This document shows positions 10,521 to 23,035 of a stretch of 64,000 nucleotides of DNA, piece after piece. Position 1 is the stretch's first letter. Each line of letters opens with the position of its first letter. This DNA comes from Hydrolagus colliei (taxonomy: Eukaryota): the NCBI GenBank assembly GCA_035084275.1, contig CM068763.1, positions 7,750,001 to 7,814,000 on the forward strand, written 5' to 3'. A program made the translations under genes and the position numbers. The notes under the pieces were generated by a model. The model was not told where the DNA came from, made no database searches, and saw only the letters and a program-made list of their open reading frames with translations.

Positions 10521-12244
10521 AGGGAGGCGGGGGGGAGAGAGGAGGTGAAAAGGGGGTGGGGAGATGAAATGAAGGGGGTGGGGTCTGAGGAGATGAAGGG
10601 GGTGGGAGTGGATGAAGGGATGGGGAAAAGGAGGGTGGTGGAGGGAGATCAGGGGGGGAAAGACAAGTAGATGATGAATGGGGGAGGAGAGGAGGACATG
10701 AATGGGGGAGGGTGGGAGGAGAGTTGACTTTCCCGCCCTACAACAGCAGATTGCTGTTTTTATTTTGCTGAGCTGATTAAACCCTGAAGGATTAGCCTGG
10801 GGACTGTCAGGGTCTCATGAAAGAAACATTTTTTTAAAAAAGAGAGAATATGTACATCACAGGACGAGGGCGCCGAGGTCACAAGTGAATGCGAAAGAAA
10901 ACATTAACAGCCCAACCTACCTGTTAGCGGGTCCCCCGGCCTCACTGACACACGCTTCCTGGTTTGGGATATTCCATATTACTCAGGGAGCAGATTCCTG
11001 TCCCTCAGTTCCTGCTGCCTGTTATTCCACCTCCCTCCAGTCGCCCACACTCCCAAGACAATCATCCACCCGCCTGTAAAGAACTTAACCCCCCACCCCC
11101 ACACACGTTGCCATAATGCTGCTGGTAGACAGAACGTGGCATCTTATCGCAGCTGTCGGATGATATAAGGTAAACTGGAGGTCATGGCATTCTTTAAATG
11201 TTCCCGGAGATGTTCTGAATTTGGGCATCTCACCTCACAAGCAAATGGAAGAACCGATTCGTACGTTGCACAATTGGGACGAATACAGAAAAAAGTGCCT
11301 ACCACAGCAAAGCATTAACAGTATTTTCCACTCCAGTCTTGTGTTGTGGTAGCCTTTGGGTCAGAAGGTTGTGCTTTCAACTCAATGTCAACTGAGGTAC
11401 TTATCTGCCCAGTACTGTTCTGGGTCTATCTGTCCAAGTGGACTGAAAGATCTAGCCCTGTCCAGCCAACAATTGTCATCATAAATTGGTTATTCACCTA
11501 ACAATTTGCATTTATACAGCACCCTTCACGCGAGGTAGCTTGTCAGAGCGTAGAACAAAGCCTGGCTCTAAGCGGGGAAAAACTGTAGCACAGTTGGAGA
11601 TCAAGGCCTTAAATAAATGCGGAAGAAAAGGCAAGGTTCCGGGATGTATTGGCTGAAAGCACGGCCAGCACTGTTGGAACAATGACAATTCATGGGACTT
11701 TGCTGGGCCAGATTTCCCTGTTATTTCACTTAACAGTAAATACTGCTCCAGCCTTGTTCAAATAAGCTGAGAATGGTCCTGGCTTTTAACATTAGGTCAG
11801 TATTGCTGCCACTCAGCTGGGAAAGCAAATTTAGCCTAGACTATGTAGGTACACTTATCGGAGTAATACATCCACTTAAACACTTGAGAGTAGCCAAAGC
11901 CTAAATATCTGGTTACTCAGCTAAGAAAAAACACAATGGTAACAGCAGAATAGCACTCAGTACCCAAACAGAGAGTAAATACACTGATGGGACTTGAAAG
12001 CAGTTTGCCATTCAGTGGTTAGTCTTCCTCATACAAGCACAGCAGTGTCGCAACCGATAACAGGTGGGAAAGCAGAGGCAATCAGCAATGCTCAGTTCTC
12101 TCTTCCTGCCCCCTTCCACGGAGGTAAAACAAAACTTACGTTTTTATAGCATTTTATTGCATTGAAACACCTTGAAAGCACTTCATTCAGTTTAATACAG
12201 TCAAGTGAAGATGGTTGTTCTGTGGTTAACAACATTACATTTGT

Positions 12245-12377
12245 CAAATCACAAAATACTACAGATGCTGGGATGAAACAAAAACAAAAGTTGCTGGGGA
12301 AATTCAGCAGGTCAGGCAGCAGCCATGGAGAAAGGAAAAAGAGTCAATGTTTCAGGTCTACAACCCTTCGTCAGAAC
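12245..12377 (-). mobile_element. Penelope-like terminal repeat fragment with hammerhead-like core, flanked by a direct repeat
   Basis: Minus strand GTT-CTGACGA-A-GGGT-TGTAG-ACCT-GAAA-CATT-GACT; near-identical to 61378-61511; flanking repeat aacattacatttgt at 12231-12244 and 12375-12388. Confidence 0.65.
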
Positions 12378-13085
12378 ATTACATTTGTATAGCGCCTTTC
12401 ATGTCAGAAGGACGTCCCAAGGCGCTGGACAGGTTACTGCTTCAGACCCAAGCTACGGCCAGGGATATGGGGTGGGGGGAGGAGTCGCCGATGGGACCAT
12501 CAGAGAGTCTTAGGCGAGACTTGAAGGAGGCTAGGGAGGGTAAGAGGTGGAGGAACTTTGGGATGGGGGCAGTGTGACTGAAGGCTTGCCCCCCCAATGG
12601 TTAGGCGGGTGGGTCAGGGGACATAGAGCAGGCCAGAGTCTACTGAACGGAGGAGGCAGGCAGGTTGGTAAGGGGATTGGAGATCAGGGATGTAGGGTGG
12701 GGAGAGGTTGTGGAGAGCTTTATATGTGAGGACCAGGATCTTGAATTGGATCCTCTGGGTGTTGGGCAAGGAAGGGGGAGATGGGGGTCACAGAGTTTGG
12801 AACGGTAGAGGACATGAGCTGCAGAGTTTTGGATTCACTACAGCCTGTGGAGGAAGGAAATGGGGAGGCCGACCAGCAAGGCATTTGCATAATTTAGATG
12901 GGATATAACTTTAGGGATGAGGTAATAAATGAGTTGGGAAATGTTGCGGAGGTGGGGAAAGGCAGCTAGGTTCCTGACTGGCATGGTGAGGTTGAGTGTG
13001 CAACCATGGAGGTTGATGCAGCCAGCGCCTGATGGAAGGAGTTGGCGCGAGCCAATCAGTAGGGCCTTGGTCTTGTTGATGTTCA
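12378..13085 (-). mobile_element. L2-like LINE fragment (ORF2 C-terminus plus 3'UTR), decayed
   Basis: Fragments LNINKTKALLIG, VRNL, AFPHLRNISQL, YANALLVGLP match L2 ORF2 post-RT motifs; ends in the gcgctatacaaatg tail. Confidence 0.8.
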
Positions 13086-15120
13086 ACTGTAGTTAAGTGT
13101 TTCTGCTGTTTTTATAACAAAGTTCCACAAACAGCCATGGGGTAATTAAATATTTGGAATATTGTTGGCTAGCTCACCAAGAGAAATTGCGTTTTCTTTT
13201 CCAATAAATCTATATCCACCTGAATAAGCAACTTCAGTTTACATCTCATCTGAAGAACAAAATCTGCCAGAGTGGCCTTCCCCAGTACTGCAATAGAGTG
13301 TCAATCTAGACTTTCCACTCTGATCTAGATGTGGGGCTTGAATTCACAACCTTCTAACCCAGTGGGAAAGTACTACTGACTGAGCCAGTGGTTCCTTGCC
13401 TTGAATCGTTAGTTGGGAGCGCAGTCAAACGCAATCCCATCAACCTGACATGGCAGATTCAACAGTGATCCAAAATAGGAATAGATTTCTCCAGCTAGAG
13501 AACACCAAGCCTACAGTAACATCCACAATGCTGCATCATCTTATGTAATACCGCGGGAAAGGAGTACTTGGTCCAACCAATGTTTATGTTCCACTTGTGT
13601 ACCCACTGCTTCTAGTCTCAAAGTAGACCTCTGAGCAAACATAAGCTCTTCTGTTTAATGTGACTAAGCACCTAGACCTACATATGTACTTACCCACCAA
13701 ACCATCAAGGTGCTCTGGAATTCATTTGTTTCCAGAAAAACAAACATCTGCAACAGTATTACTTTCAATGAGTGCACAGATCTTTCACAAATCATCTCAA
13801 AAGGCAGTGCGTCTCCACAAGCTTAAACCCACAAAATTAACTGGCTTATATAACTAACTTAATTTTTAATAAATTGCGCTTCTGAGACATTCCTTTTATG
13901 TGAAAGCTGCATGCAAGTTGTAATAGTAATAATTTTATTCTCTGGAAATCTCTTTATTTTCAGAAGCAAAACCCAGCAAGAAGCAAGTTTTTTTTTCTTT
14001 AAGATTAAATTCTCTCAAAATACAACAGCACTAAGAGAAATCTTAAACTGAATGATTTCATTGTAGAAACCAGCAGTTATTTGATTTCACTCAGAAAAAT
14101 GACGACTGCTTTGTGAGTCAGTAAGCTTCAGTTTGAGACATTTTCATCATAACAGAACCTCAGAGCTGCCTCTCCAGTTGGTGAATCGTTATCAGGGTTT
14201 ACACACCACAGCTTTCCAAAAGAAATCGGTTAAAGCCAAAGCCACAAGTACTCAGAGCAGTTTAGAGTCTAAGCCAAGGAGCAGTTGCATGCCAGAAACA
14301 AACTGTATAACAGCTTACTAAGTCACGGAGACCAAGTGCAAGAATACCCACGTGCTATACTCAAGTGAGGTGCAGAAACGGGTCTCTGAACAACAGAGGT
14401 CGAGGATACAATTGCGTTACAGGATCCAATCAGTGATTAATTCATTGATCATCTGCCTCCACTTTCCTTGGTTTCAAAACTAAGGTTTTGTAAAAGTTAC
14501 AAAATTCTTCTTAAGTATTTTTTATACAGCTTCATTCCATTGCATGCAGCCACCCTTGGCAAAGACACACAAATGATGGTAACATGCCAACAGTGACTAG
14601 CAAAGTTGGCACAACACAAAATACAAGAGTACCGATTTGGTTTAAATGGTAAAATCCAATTTATAAATGCTAAACTTTCTTCTTGCCAATTTTCACCAAG
14701 TATAAAATTTGAATTCTCCGTTAATTTGGAAATAAATCTACTGTTGAACAAGAAAATGTTGATTGCAAATTTCATTCCATATTGATCAGTTCTTCAGCTT
14801 TACAGATAGAGAGAGACTCACCGGATTATTAACAAACTTGGCTCTGTCCTATGGTAGAGATCCTCTGCCAAATGTGGGCCGATACATTTTGAAGTTAACA
14901 TTCATCCTCATTATCTGCAATTCTTAACCTCAATCATTTTCTCCAATTTCTTTTTGAAATCTGGTGCTTAATTAAATAGAGCTGTTCAGATAAAAGGTAT
15001 AATTCTGATCCCAGTTTTCATTTCCTGCCATTCTGTACATGAACTGACATGATAGGAGGTTTACTAACAAGTTACCTATGGCCATAATCCCTTCAAAACA
15101 GGTGAGAAATGAATGAAAGC

Positions 15121-15271
15121 NNNNNNNNNNNNNNNNNNNNNNNNNNNNNNNNNNNNNNNNNNNNNNNNNNNNNNNNNNNNNNNNNNNNNNNNNNNNNNNN
15201 NNNNNNNNNNNNNNNNNNNNNNNNNNNNNNNNNNNNNNNNNNNNNNNNNNNNNNNNNNNNNNNNNNNNNNN
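15121..15271. other. Assembly gap (151 N)
   Basis: Run of N. Confidence 1.
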
Positions 15272-16246
15272 AATATGCAGATTTTATAGCATTGAAAAAT
15301 CTCAAATTGTGTTTCTTCATCATTTTCGTGAGCTTCAACTGAATCTAAACTTTTTTTTCCACACCTTGATTATAAAGGAAAACGTGATCACGTGCTCTCC
15401 TCGAAACAGAGCACAACTTTATACATACAGAAACTTGTACATCACCCTCAGAGGAGATATGGCCGATGGAAATAAAAGCTATAGTCACTTCTCGCTTGAC
15501 CATGTCATGAAAATTGTAAACCTCATTCTACAGGAGAAGAAAAAAAACCACCAAATCAGAGGGTATGTGTAATGTACAACTTCTATATACATCACAGCTC
15601 TCAGGCTGCAGCGGAAGGTTCAAACCAGTTAGGAGGTGAATCAGGGAAGTTCATACAGTCAAGGGGAAGAGGTCAGGGTGTTGTAGATACAATGATACTT
15701 GGGGGAGGGAAAGCTTTTCACGTTTACTGTAAACTAAAAAGTTTAAAACTACAGTTTGCTGCCAAACCAGTGTTTCTCAATGTGAAACATCATCATGTTT
15801 ACAGCTGATTGAGGGTTACATACATCTAGGATCTACTGCACAGGCCTTCTCCTGAATGGCGTAGCAGAGCTTCCCACGAGGCACCTTCCAGTGCTCCTTA
15901 CGTCTCTCAAGAGTACAGCACGGAACCACGGGAGTTCCAAGTCACTTCGCTTCCAAAATTACCATAAAAACCTCAAAGTGGTGCGCTTCAGGGGACCGTC
16001 TGCCTCCCAAACTCACCGTAAACGAGACAGCAACTTTGGTTAAAACATTTCAGACTTACACAGGCAGCAAACATTAATTTTTTTTCCTCGGTACTTGATC
16101 AAAATGACTACAATATCCTTCCATTGTTAAGAGTTGGGTGGGGACAGATTTTGGGAAGAGAGGTGGTTTTTGCATAAATAAGGACAGAAACAGTCGATTC
16201 AAAGATCTCCACTCACGCACACACACGGTCAGGTCCCCAACAGCTG
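15272..16246 (-). other. ARID1A: ARID1A 3'UTR (end probably in or near the gap)
   Basis: Follows the stop codon, no recognisable repeats; distal part gatgaagaaacacaat..gagattttt..ataaaatctgcatatt resembles the mammalian ARID1A 3'UTR as recalled. Confidence 0.65.
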
Positions 16247-17938
16247 TCATGACTGGCCTATCATGAAGAGTACATCACAAATTACATTTGTAACCAGAGA
16301 GTTCAGCAGAGGCGACACAGAGATATCCAGCAGTCGCGACTCATGCAACGTGAACTCAGAGTGGTTTTCTTCTACTTTAGCCATTGCCAGGAGGGCCTTT
16401 GCAGCTCGGCGCATCATGTCCATACTTGCTGGCTCAATGGGCGCAGTCTGCAAGTGCATCAGGCCAGACTGGCTGTGTTGGAGTTGGGTGGCAGCGAGAC
16501 TATCCTCCAGAAAGCCCAGCAGATTGCTGATGCTTCCCTTCTGAACCGCAATGGCCCTGGCAGCCAGGCTGTCTCCCTGGGCCAGGTTTGCTAACAGCAC
16601 CACGCACATTTCACGGCACACCTGGCTTTTCCGGTCACCGATGACCCTGATCAACGTCCCATAAAGTTTCTCCAAGCGACTGAACGGAGGCGTGGCCAGG
16701 ACCAGGTCCACGTTGTTGTCCTGGATACTAAGCTTACACAGCGTCTCCAGCACGAGTCTCTGAGGGGAGAGCACTGCGTTGGGGCCGAGCAATGGGAATG
16801 GATCCTGGGCCTCGGCTGAGGGACAGACAGCCCAGTGTAGTAGCCCATCCAGAATTGGCATGCAGATACTCTCCGGATACACAGACAAATCCAGCTGCCC
16901 AGAAATGTTGGCCAATGTGACAAGGGTGTTCTCACGCAATACTTCTAAACAGTCCCACCACCACTCGTCACTGTCGCAGCTCACTCCCTCATCTTCCTCA
17001 TCCTCCTTCTCATATGTTAAGGGCGCCAGTTTGCGCTCGGGGTGTTCATGGTGCTGAAGGATCAGCTTGCCCAGGAGGAGGAGCAGGCCTGGGTGCTTGG
17101 ACATCTCCACGTCGTTCCCAGGCACAAAGGCCAGGCTGCGCACGATGTTGGATATACAGATGCAACGCTTTGTTAAGGAGTCCTGCCAGTCTGCCACCAG
17201 GCACAATGGCAGCTCGTCTCTGCTATGTGGCTCGTCCTCCAGAATGGTGATGTTTTTATGACTATGCACTTGGTGAATTACAAACGGAAATTTGCTGTTT
17301 TCCAAGTTGCTGGTCTCTGTTGAATTATTCACGGGCTCCTCCACGAGTGAGCTTGGCCATGCCGACAGCACATCATCGACTGTTGCACTTATACTCTTCT
17401 CGGACTGTTCCTTGGCCGCCGTTTCGTTCCCTCCTTCCGTCATCCCTTTCCTGCTCTCTGCCGGGTGCCTTTTGGTGGATCCTCCACGGGTTGTGACTCG
17501 TTTCCGTGGCGCTACGTCCACCTTGCTCTCAAAGTGTGTCTGGATGTGTTCTGTAGTGTCTCCTCCACCAATCTGCCAGTGCAGCAAGCCGCTGTCGAAC
17601 TCCTGCACCCTGCCAAGCTGATGTGAGCGATCCACCACAAACATGTCGCTCTTTGTCACCACTTTCACAGGCAGCCTGTCGAATTTGCTGACGTGCTTGA
17701 GATTCTCCTCTGGGCTCTCAGAGGTGGGGATCTCAGCTGCGCCTGCTGCCATCTCCTCCTCGCTTCCTGAGGACTGCTCATCTACGGGCTCTGGATCAAT
17801 CGGTACTTTCCCAAAATGTTCTGGGTCTAACAGAGTCCTTTGGCCAGGATTTCCAATTTCATATTCCTTCAGAATTCCAAATATTTCAATCAAGCACCGT
17901 CGGAAATATTCTACCAGCAGCTCCAGGAACCCTGGCAA
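16247..17938 (-). CDS. ARID1A: ARID1A exon 20 (last; BAF250_C/DUF3518 ARM region)
   Basis: [23 protein letters not shown]...[15 protein letters not shown]...[11 protein letters not shown]-stop; the IGQS ending and PIGV synteny indicate ARID1A rather than ARID1B. Confidence 0.96.
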   Translation of the reverse strand: MPGFLELLVEYFRRCLIEIFGILKEYEIGNPGQRTLLDPEHFGKVPIDPEPVDEQSSGSEEEMAAGAAEIPTSESPEENLKHVSKFDRLPVKVVTKSDMFVVDRSHQLGRVQEFDSGLLHWQIGGGDTTEHIQTHFESKVDVAPRKRVTTRGGSTKRHPAESRKGMTEGGNETAAKEQSEKSISATVDDVLSAWPSSLVEEPVNNSTETSNLENSKFPFVIHQVHSHKNITILEDEPHSRDELPLCLVADWQDSLTKRCICISNIVRSLAFVPGNDVEMSKHPGLLLLLGKLILQHHEHPERKLAPLTYEKEDEEDEGVSCDSDEWWWDCLEVLRENTLVTLANISGQLDLSVYPESICMPILDGLLHWAVCPSAEAQDPFPLLGPNAVLSPQRLVLETLCKLSIQDNNVDLVLATPPFSRLEKLYGTLIRVIGDRKSQVCREMCVVLLANLAQGDSLAARAIAVQKGSISNLLGFLEDSLAATQLQHSQSGLMHLQTAPIEPASMDMMRRAAKALLAMAKVEENHSEFTLHESRLLDISVSPLLNSLVTNVICDVLFMIGQS

Positions 17939-18186
17939 CTGTAGCAAAGGTAAAGTGAGAGAAACAAGAGGTCAGGCTTGAACATCCCTGAACATTCTTT
18001 GTGGGCTCTGACAAATCCATCAACTCAAGCAAGCAAACCATCAACTAACAGAGCAGTGGGGCTGCTTGCACAATAATCTGTGTGTACGGAGATGAGAGGA
18101 CCCTTCTCAATTTACCTTGATTCTCCTTCCATCCCCCCAAATAAAGACATGGAATACCAGATGCCCGGACAATATTGTTTACTTAC

Positions 18187-18317
18187 CTGAGAGAGCGTGA
18201 AGGTGGATACACTGCTGTCATCATACAATAAGATATTGATGGTGTCCAAAGCCCAGGTACTTTCAGCCAAGAGGCCCGATTTGAGAGACATCATCACCCG
18301 CCAGGCCTCTGGGGTGC
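18187..18317 (-). CDS. ARID1A: ARID1A exon 19
   Basis: (G)[43 protein letters not shown]; canonical sites; 131 nt. Confidence 0.95.
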
Positions 18318-19018
18318 CTGGGAAGAGAATAAACAGAAATGGCAATACATCCTGGGGCAGCTCATGTCCAGTACCAAAGCACTTCCAAGTCCCCTTTCCC
18401 TGCAAACAGCTGGTTTTTCTACCACCACCTCTCCACAGCCAGGAGATCTCCAATGCAGCAGAAACTACTGATTAAATAGAGCCATATGACACATGGCAAT
18501 GTACCAGGCTTACAAGCCAAAGCGTTCACCTGAATTCTGAACCAATTTTAGGTTCCAATGTCAACTTGTAAAAAAAGACAGAGGCCTGAGGGCGGAGCTG
18601 AATTCCAAATCACTCCTGCAGCAACAGCCATGAGCGAAAGCTGCAAACCCCTTTACCTGCTGGTATGAACATGCGAGAGAAATCACACCTTACATAGAGC
18701 AGGAACCTCAGTCAGTGATAGAGCACTTTATTGCCGGTCAGTTGAATTTTATAGCCAATACTCAGTTGCTCAGTGTGTACTAGTGTCAGAGACAGTTTTA
18801 CCATCAAGTTGCAAACTCCCTTCACATCACAGCTCACCCAGTGTTCAACACAACATATTTGGATTTTTTAAAAAATGATCTCACACAACAGACCCCTTGA
18901 CAAAATCCACCCATGTCTCATGCCTCCCTCGTAAGCATTCTCTTGGGAGAGGGAATCATGATTAATCCTGCTCCCTCCTCCATGCCAAGTGATTGTTTAA
19001 TCACCTATGATCACTCAC

Positions 19019-19817
19019 CAATGTCCTTTGTGGTTAGCCTCCGGCGAGATTTCAGGATTGGTTGCGATGCCTCAACCGAACCAGGAGGGAAGGTGATATC
19101 TCGTCTCAGCATGGGTGACTGTGAGGGAGCTCCAGCCATATGGGCAGCAGGCATCGGTGCCCCGACTTTCTGCATCTTCATCCCCGAATGGAGAAACGGG
19201 GACTTGCTGGGGGAGGTGCGGTTCTCAGGTGGGCGTTGCATGGGGGCAGGGCTGGAGACCTGGGACAGGTGGTTTGGCACTGCTGGAGGTGTTTGGTAGC
19301 TGGACTGTGGGGGCCGTGTATTTGGAGCAATGGGTGCAGATGATGTGAATGGAGGCTGGCGTTGGATGACATGTGAGCCCCACTGTCCTTCATGGTTCAT
19401 TCTCTGATCGGGTCCCATCATCTCCTCAGAGCGATTCATGGTATGATAACCTGGAGCCTGTGCTGGGGCCCCAGGTACCTGCCGGTTTGGGTAGTTGTAT
19501 GGCATGTCGTTACGTCCTTGCCAGACATTGCCTTGCGGGCCCTCAGGAGGAGACTGCATTGGGCCAGGCATCATCTGCGGAGGCATGGCCTGTTGTGTGG
19601 CTGAACCCTGGGCAATCTGCATTCTTTCTCTGCCATACTGAAACGGAAACTGATTCTGCACTGGCCGGCGCTCCGTACCAGGATAGGCATTGGCATACTG
19701 GTTGTATACATCTTGCTGTGGCTGTTGTCCCGGCACTGTGTACGGAATCCCATAAATCTCACCTTCCTGGCGTTTGGCTGGAGGCCCGTAAGTCCCATCC
19801 ATCTGACGTTTGAAGTT
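19019..19817 (-). CDS. ARID1A: ARID1A exon 18 (bipartite NLS-like KR...AKR, Pro/Gln-rich)
   Basis: [20 protein letters not shown]...[29 protein letters not shown]; 799 nt. Confidence 0.93.
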
Positions 19818-20104
19818 CTGGGGATGATTTGATGATGAAAAAAAGTGTCACAAAATTTCTTGAAACATTTTGCAAATACAGACCGTTAATCTAAACTTGA
19901 TCAGACATTAAATGCAGCTACATAACTGCCTTATCATTTGTCTTGGTGAATTTGGTAATTGGCAATGGAAAAGAATCCCTGGGGTTGGGATGATGTAACC
20001 ATTCCCAGCAACGAGACCCTCTTTGTTAATGACACTGTTCTGTTTATTACCGCTCTCCATCCTATTGCACACGAGCTATTTACTGTCCCATTTGCCACAC
20101 TCAC

Positions 20105-20201
20105 CTGCTGCTGCTGTGGGAACAGTCCAGGCTGCTGGTTGGAATACGGCTGCCCAGCTGCAGCTCCCTGACCAGAGTACTGATTGCCATAAGGATCGTG
20201 C
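20105..20201 (-). CDS. ARID1A: ARID1A exon 17
   Basis: (R)HDPYGNQYSGQGAAAGQPYSNQQPGLFPQQQQ; 97 nt; cctag acceptor, gtgagt donor. Confidence 0.9.
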
Positions 20202-20537
20202 CTAGGTTTACAGAGGGAGGACGGACGAGAAGAAAACATTAACATTTAATACTATTTAATGTAGCCTGTCATCACCCCTTTCCCCCTGCCCCACATCCAC
20301 ATGCTATTGCTAACACTGCTTTGACATTTGGACTAATGTTTCACATCAAGGTGTTCAAAGTCAATAACGTTGAACTTTAACTTCAATCCGATTTCCCACT
20401 CCCTCTTTTAGTTTTGAAACTTACGGAAAGTAAAACATTGTGTTTTGAATATCCACGGGAGTTCCCCGCTCGCTGAGGTAAACTTTAATGAGTAGGAATC
20501 AATTCTTCGACAGTAAAAAGCAGTCACCCACACTTAC

Positions 20538-20657
20538 CGCTGCTGCCCTGGGTAGCGACTGGGGGAGTACATGCCAGGATCCGCACTCACTGGAACCATG
20601 CTGGGTTGCGCTGAGGCAGCTCCCAAATTCCCCTCTGGGCCCATCCCATGTTCTGGC
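20538..20657 (-). CDS. ARID1A: ARID1A exon 16
   Basis: (R)PEHGMGPEGNLGAASAQPSMVPVSADPGMYSPSRYPGQQ(R); 120 nt; tatag acceptor, gtaagt donor. Confidence 0.88.
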
Positions 20658-22017
20658 CTATAGGCGTGGTGGAGGGAAGGGTGGACCAGGAAAAGAGGAG
20701 TAATAAAAGGGCAAGAGATAAAAACAAAAGGTGTGTGGGCGGGGGGAACAAAAAAAACGATTTAGTAACTAAAACATTTTGTAGATGAAATACAAACCAT
20801 CTCTCTGCATCTTGTGTCACGGCGTCAAATTAAAAGATAAGTGTGGGACCCCCCCTGAGCTCACCAATACACTGCATACAGTAGCTGATTTTGGCACTTG
20901 CTGTGAAAGTATTTGTTACAAACACTTCAGAACGAGGAGCGATCACAGTCATTATCCAGTTGTTGAGTGACCCTCAGCTGTCAATACCACATGCTAAGCT
21001 GCTCATTTGCTATATAGTATGCTACATTGTTAGCTGTGAAATATTTCTTCCTTTCCTTTTATAAGGGTCTTGTGTGGGTAACGGGTGCAAGTGGCTACAG
21101 AAAATTGATAATTCAGCGATGATGGGTCACATCACCTACAATTGGCAGGATAGATGGCACCAGTTTTCTGGGCTCCAGTTACTTTCAGCAATGTTAACCC
21201 TATCACAGCCAGGTTTATGTCTGTGTTGCTTTCTTTGGTTCAAATGTCTAGTTTATGAAAGGTAGAATTATTAGAAAGTTACCATCATCAGAATAAGGTT
21301 TATGTTCTGAAAGCTTACAGGTCTGAACACCTTTATGCGCTCAGGTGGTTCTTTAATATGTAAGGATTTCCTCCTTATCAGGTGACTTCAAGTGCAGACA
21401 TCCCTAGAAGATGTCTACCACCCCCTCTCTGCTTATTATACAGATACTATCCATTACACAGATACAGAACAACCCGAGTCATTGCCCATCTGCAGAGACT
21501 GACAGGGGCTGACCTAGTGCCAGCTATTGACTAAAGTAATTTTCTGTAAGGTTCACTCAGAATAATTCTGATTTGGTTAAAGTTTAACCTCTGCTCATTA
21601 ACTCCCTGTGTATGTATGTGTCTATATATTATATATATAGACACACACACTATAATAAACACCCACAATATATAATACTCACACACTTTACCAATACTCA
21701 ACAATACTAAAGCGCTCTGAGACGCCGTCCAGCGTGGAGGGCGCCATATGAATCGAAGTTGTTGTTGTACTACGTGCCACCTGTTGCGTAAGTAAGAACC
21801 AACCGCTTGTACTGAAAAAGTGTCTTCTGCGTTTTCTAGTTTTGCTTAACCCATTCAACGATTAAATGGGCTGAGTGAATCAGTCAGTGGATACCATAGA
21901 ATCATAGGAGGCTATTCCACCCATCACGCCTGTGCTGTGCCTGCTCCTCCAGTTCGGACATTTCCTGTTAAACAGGCAGCAGCATGATTTGCTAGATGTA
22001 TCACCGTGGTTTCCTAC

Positions 22018-22168
22018 CTCCTCTCAAATCCAGGTCCATATGGGTATTGCTGGCGCTGGCCCATGCCCACAGCACTCATACCCGTGGTCGTAGGGCGGTT
22101 GTAAAGTTCTCCCATCCCTGCATTGGGAACAGGTCCAGCAGACATGAAGGGGTCAGTTCCTGGAGCTG
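22018..22168 (-). CDS. ARID1A: ARID1A exon 15 (start 22168 or 22165, tandem acceptor)
   Basis: (A)APGTDPFMSAGPVPNAGMGELYNRP...QYPYGPGFER(R). Confidence 0.9.
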
Positions 22169-22321
22169 CTGGAAAATAGATTTACTTTGTTACGTATATC
22201 GGAACCCCCGGAACCACAGTGAATGAACTTTCACATTTACCAATTAGCTGGAGAACATTGCAACATTTCTGATGCAGGTTAAAGCTTACTTGACAAAAAC
22301 TGGGTAGTCAGCACACTCTAC

Positions 22322-22494
22322 CTTTGCGCATGCCACTGAATGGATCTTTATTGGGCTCATAGGGCATGCGGCCCATGAGATCGGAAGCGTTGATGCCAGG
22401 CTGGTACACGGGGTTTGGTGTCACCGAGGTCCTCTTATGGAATGCCGGATCGCTCGTCTCTGCAAACGGGTCCTGGACACTCACAGAGTTGTTC
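22322..22494 (-). CDS. ARID1A: ARID1A exon 14
   Basis: (R)[33 protein letters not shown]...[15 protein letters not shown]; 173 nt. Confidence 0.92.
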
Positions 22495-22905
22495 CTGAGT
22501 TTAATACAAACAAAAAGATGCAAAACCCGCTACAAAAGAGGGAAACCTTCTGCTAAGAGTCCTATGATCATTAGACTCACCCACTGTCTGGTCAGAGACC
22601 AATCCGCAACTACTGAATATAGAAAAGAGGTAGGATAAGAGAATGTAGCATGACACAGTGATGCTTTGTGACTGGAGATGAAACCTCATTTAGGACAGAG
22701 GGCTACGGAAAACTAGCGATCTACTCTATCCAAAGTGCTCATATACTCCATCACATTCGTCCTCATTTGGAAGTGAGCTATTTCCCACCTGTTCGTGAAA
22801 AGGCCTTAAAGTTTAGACAAGAAACATTGAAAGCAAAGACGATCAGAATCATTATACACAATGAATTGGACAGAAATAAAGATGACACACGAGAGGTTTA
22901 CTTAC

Positions 22906-23035
22906 CTTGAACCCTGCATCGGCTGCATATGGCTGTGGGGTGTTGAGACTGGTGTTGGTGGCTTTAAATCTCCCTCTGTCATCGAGCTGCTGGTGGACTG
23001 AGGTGTCTGAGGGCCCTGAAGAGAGCCTGAGCCAG
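22906..23035 (-). CDS. ARID1A: ARID1A exon 13
   Basis: [43 protein letters not shown]; 130 nt. Confidence 0.92.

Noticed and set aside
16263-17981. Several plus-strand ORFs over ARID1A exon 20 (likewise over exons 8, 11, 18 and PIGV)
   Set aside because: Antisense shadows of real coding exons.
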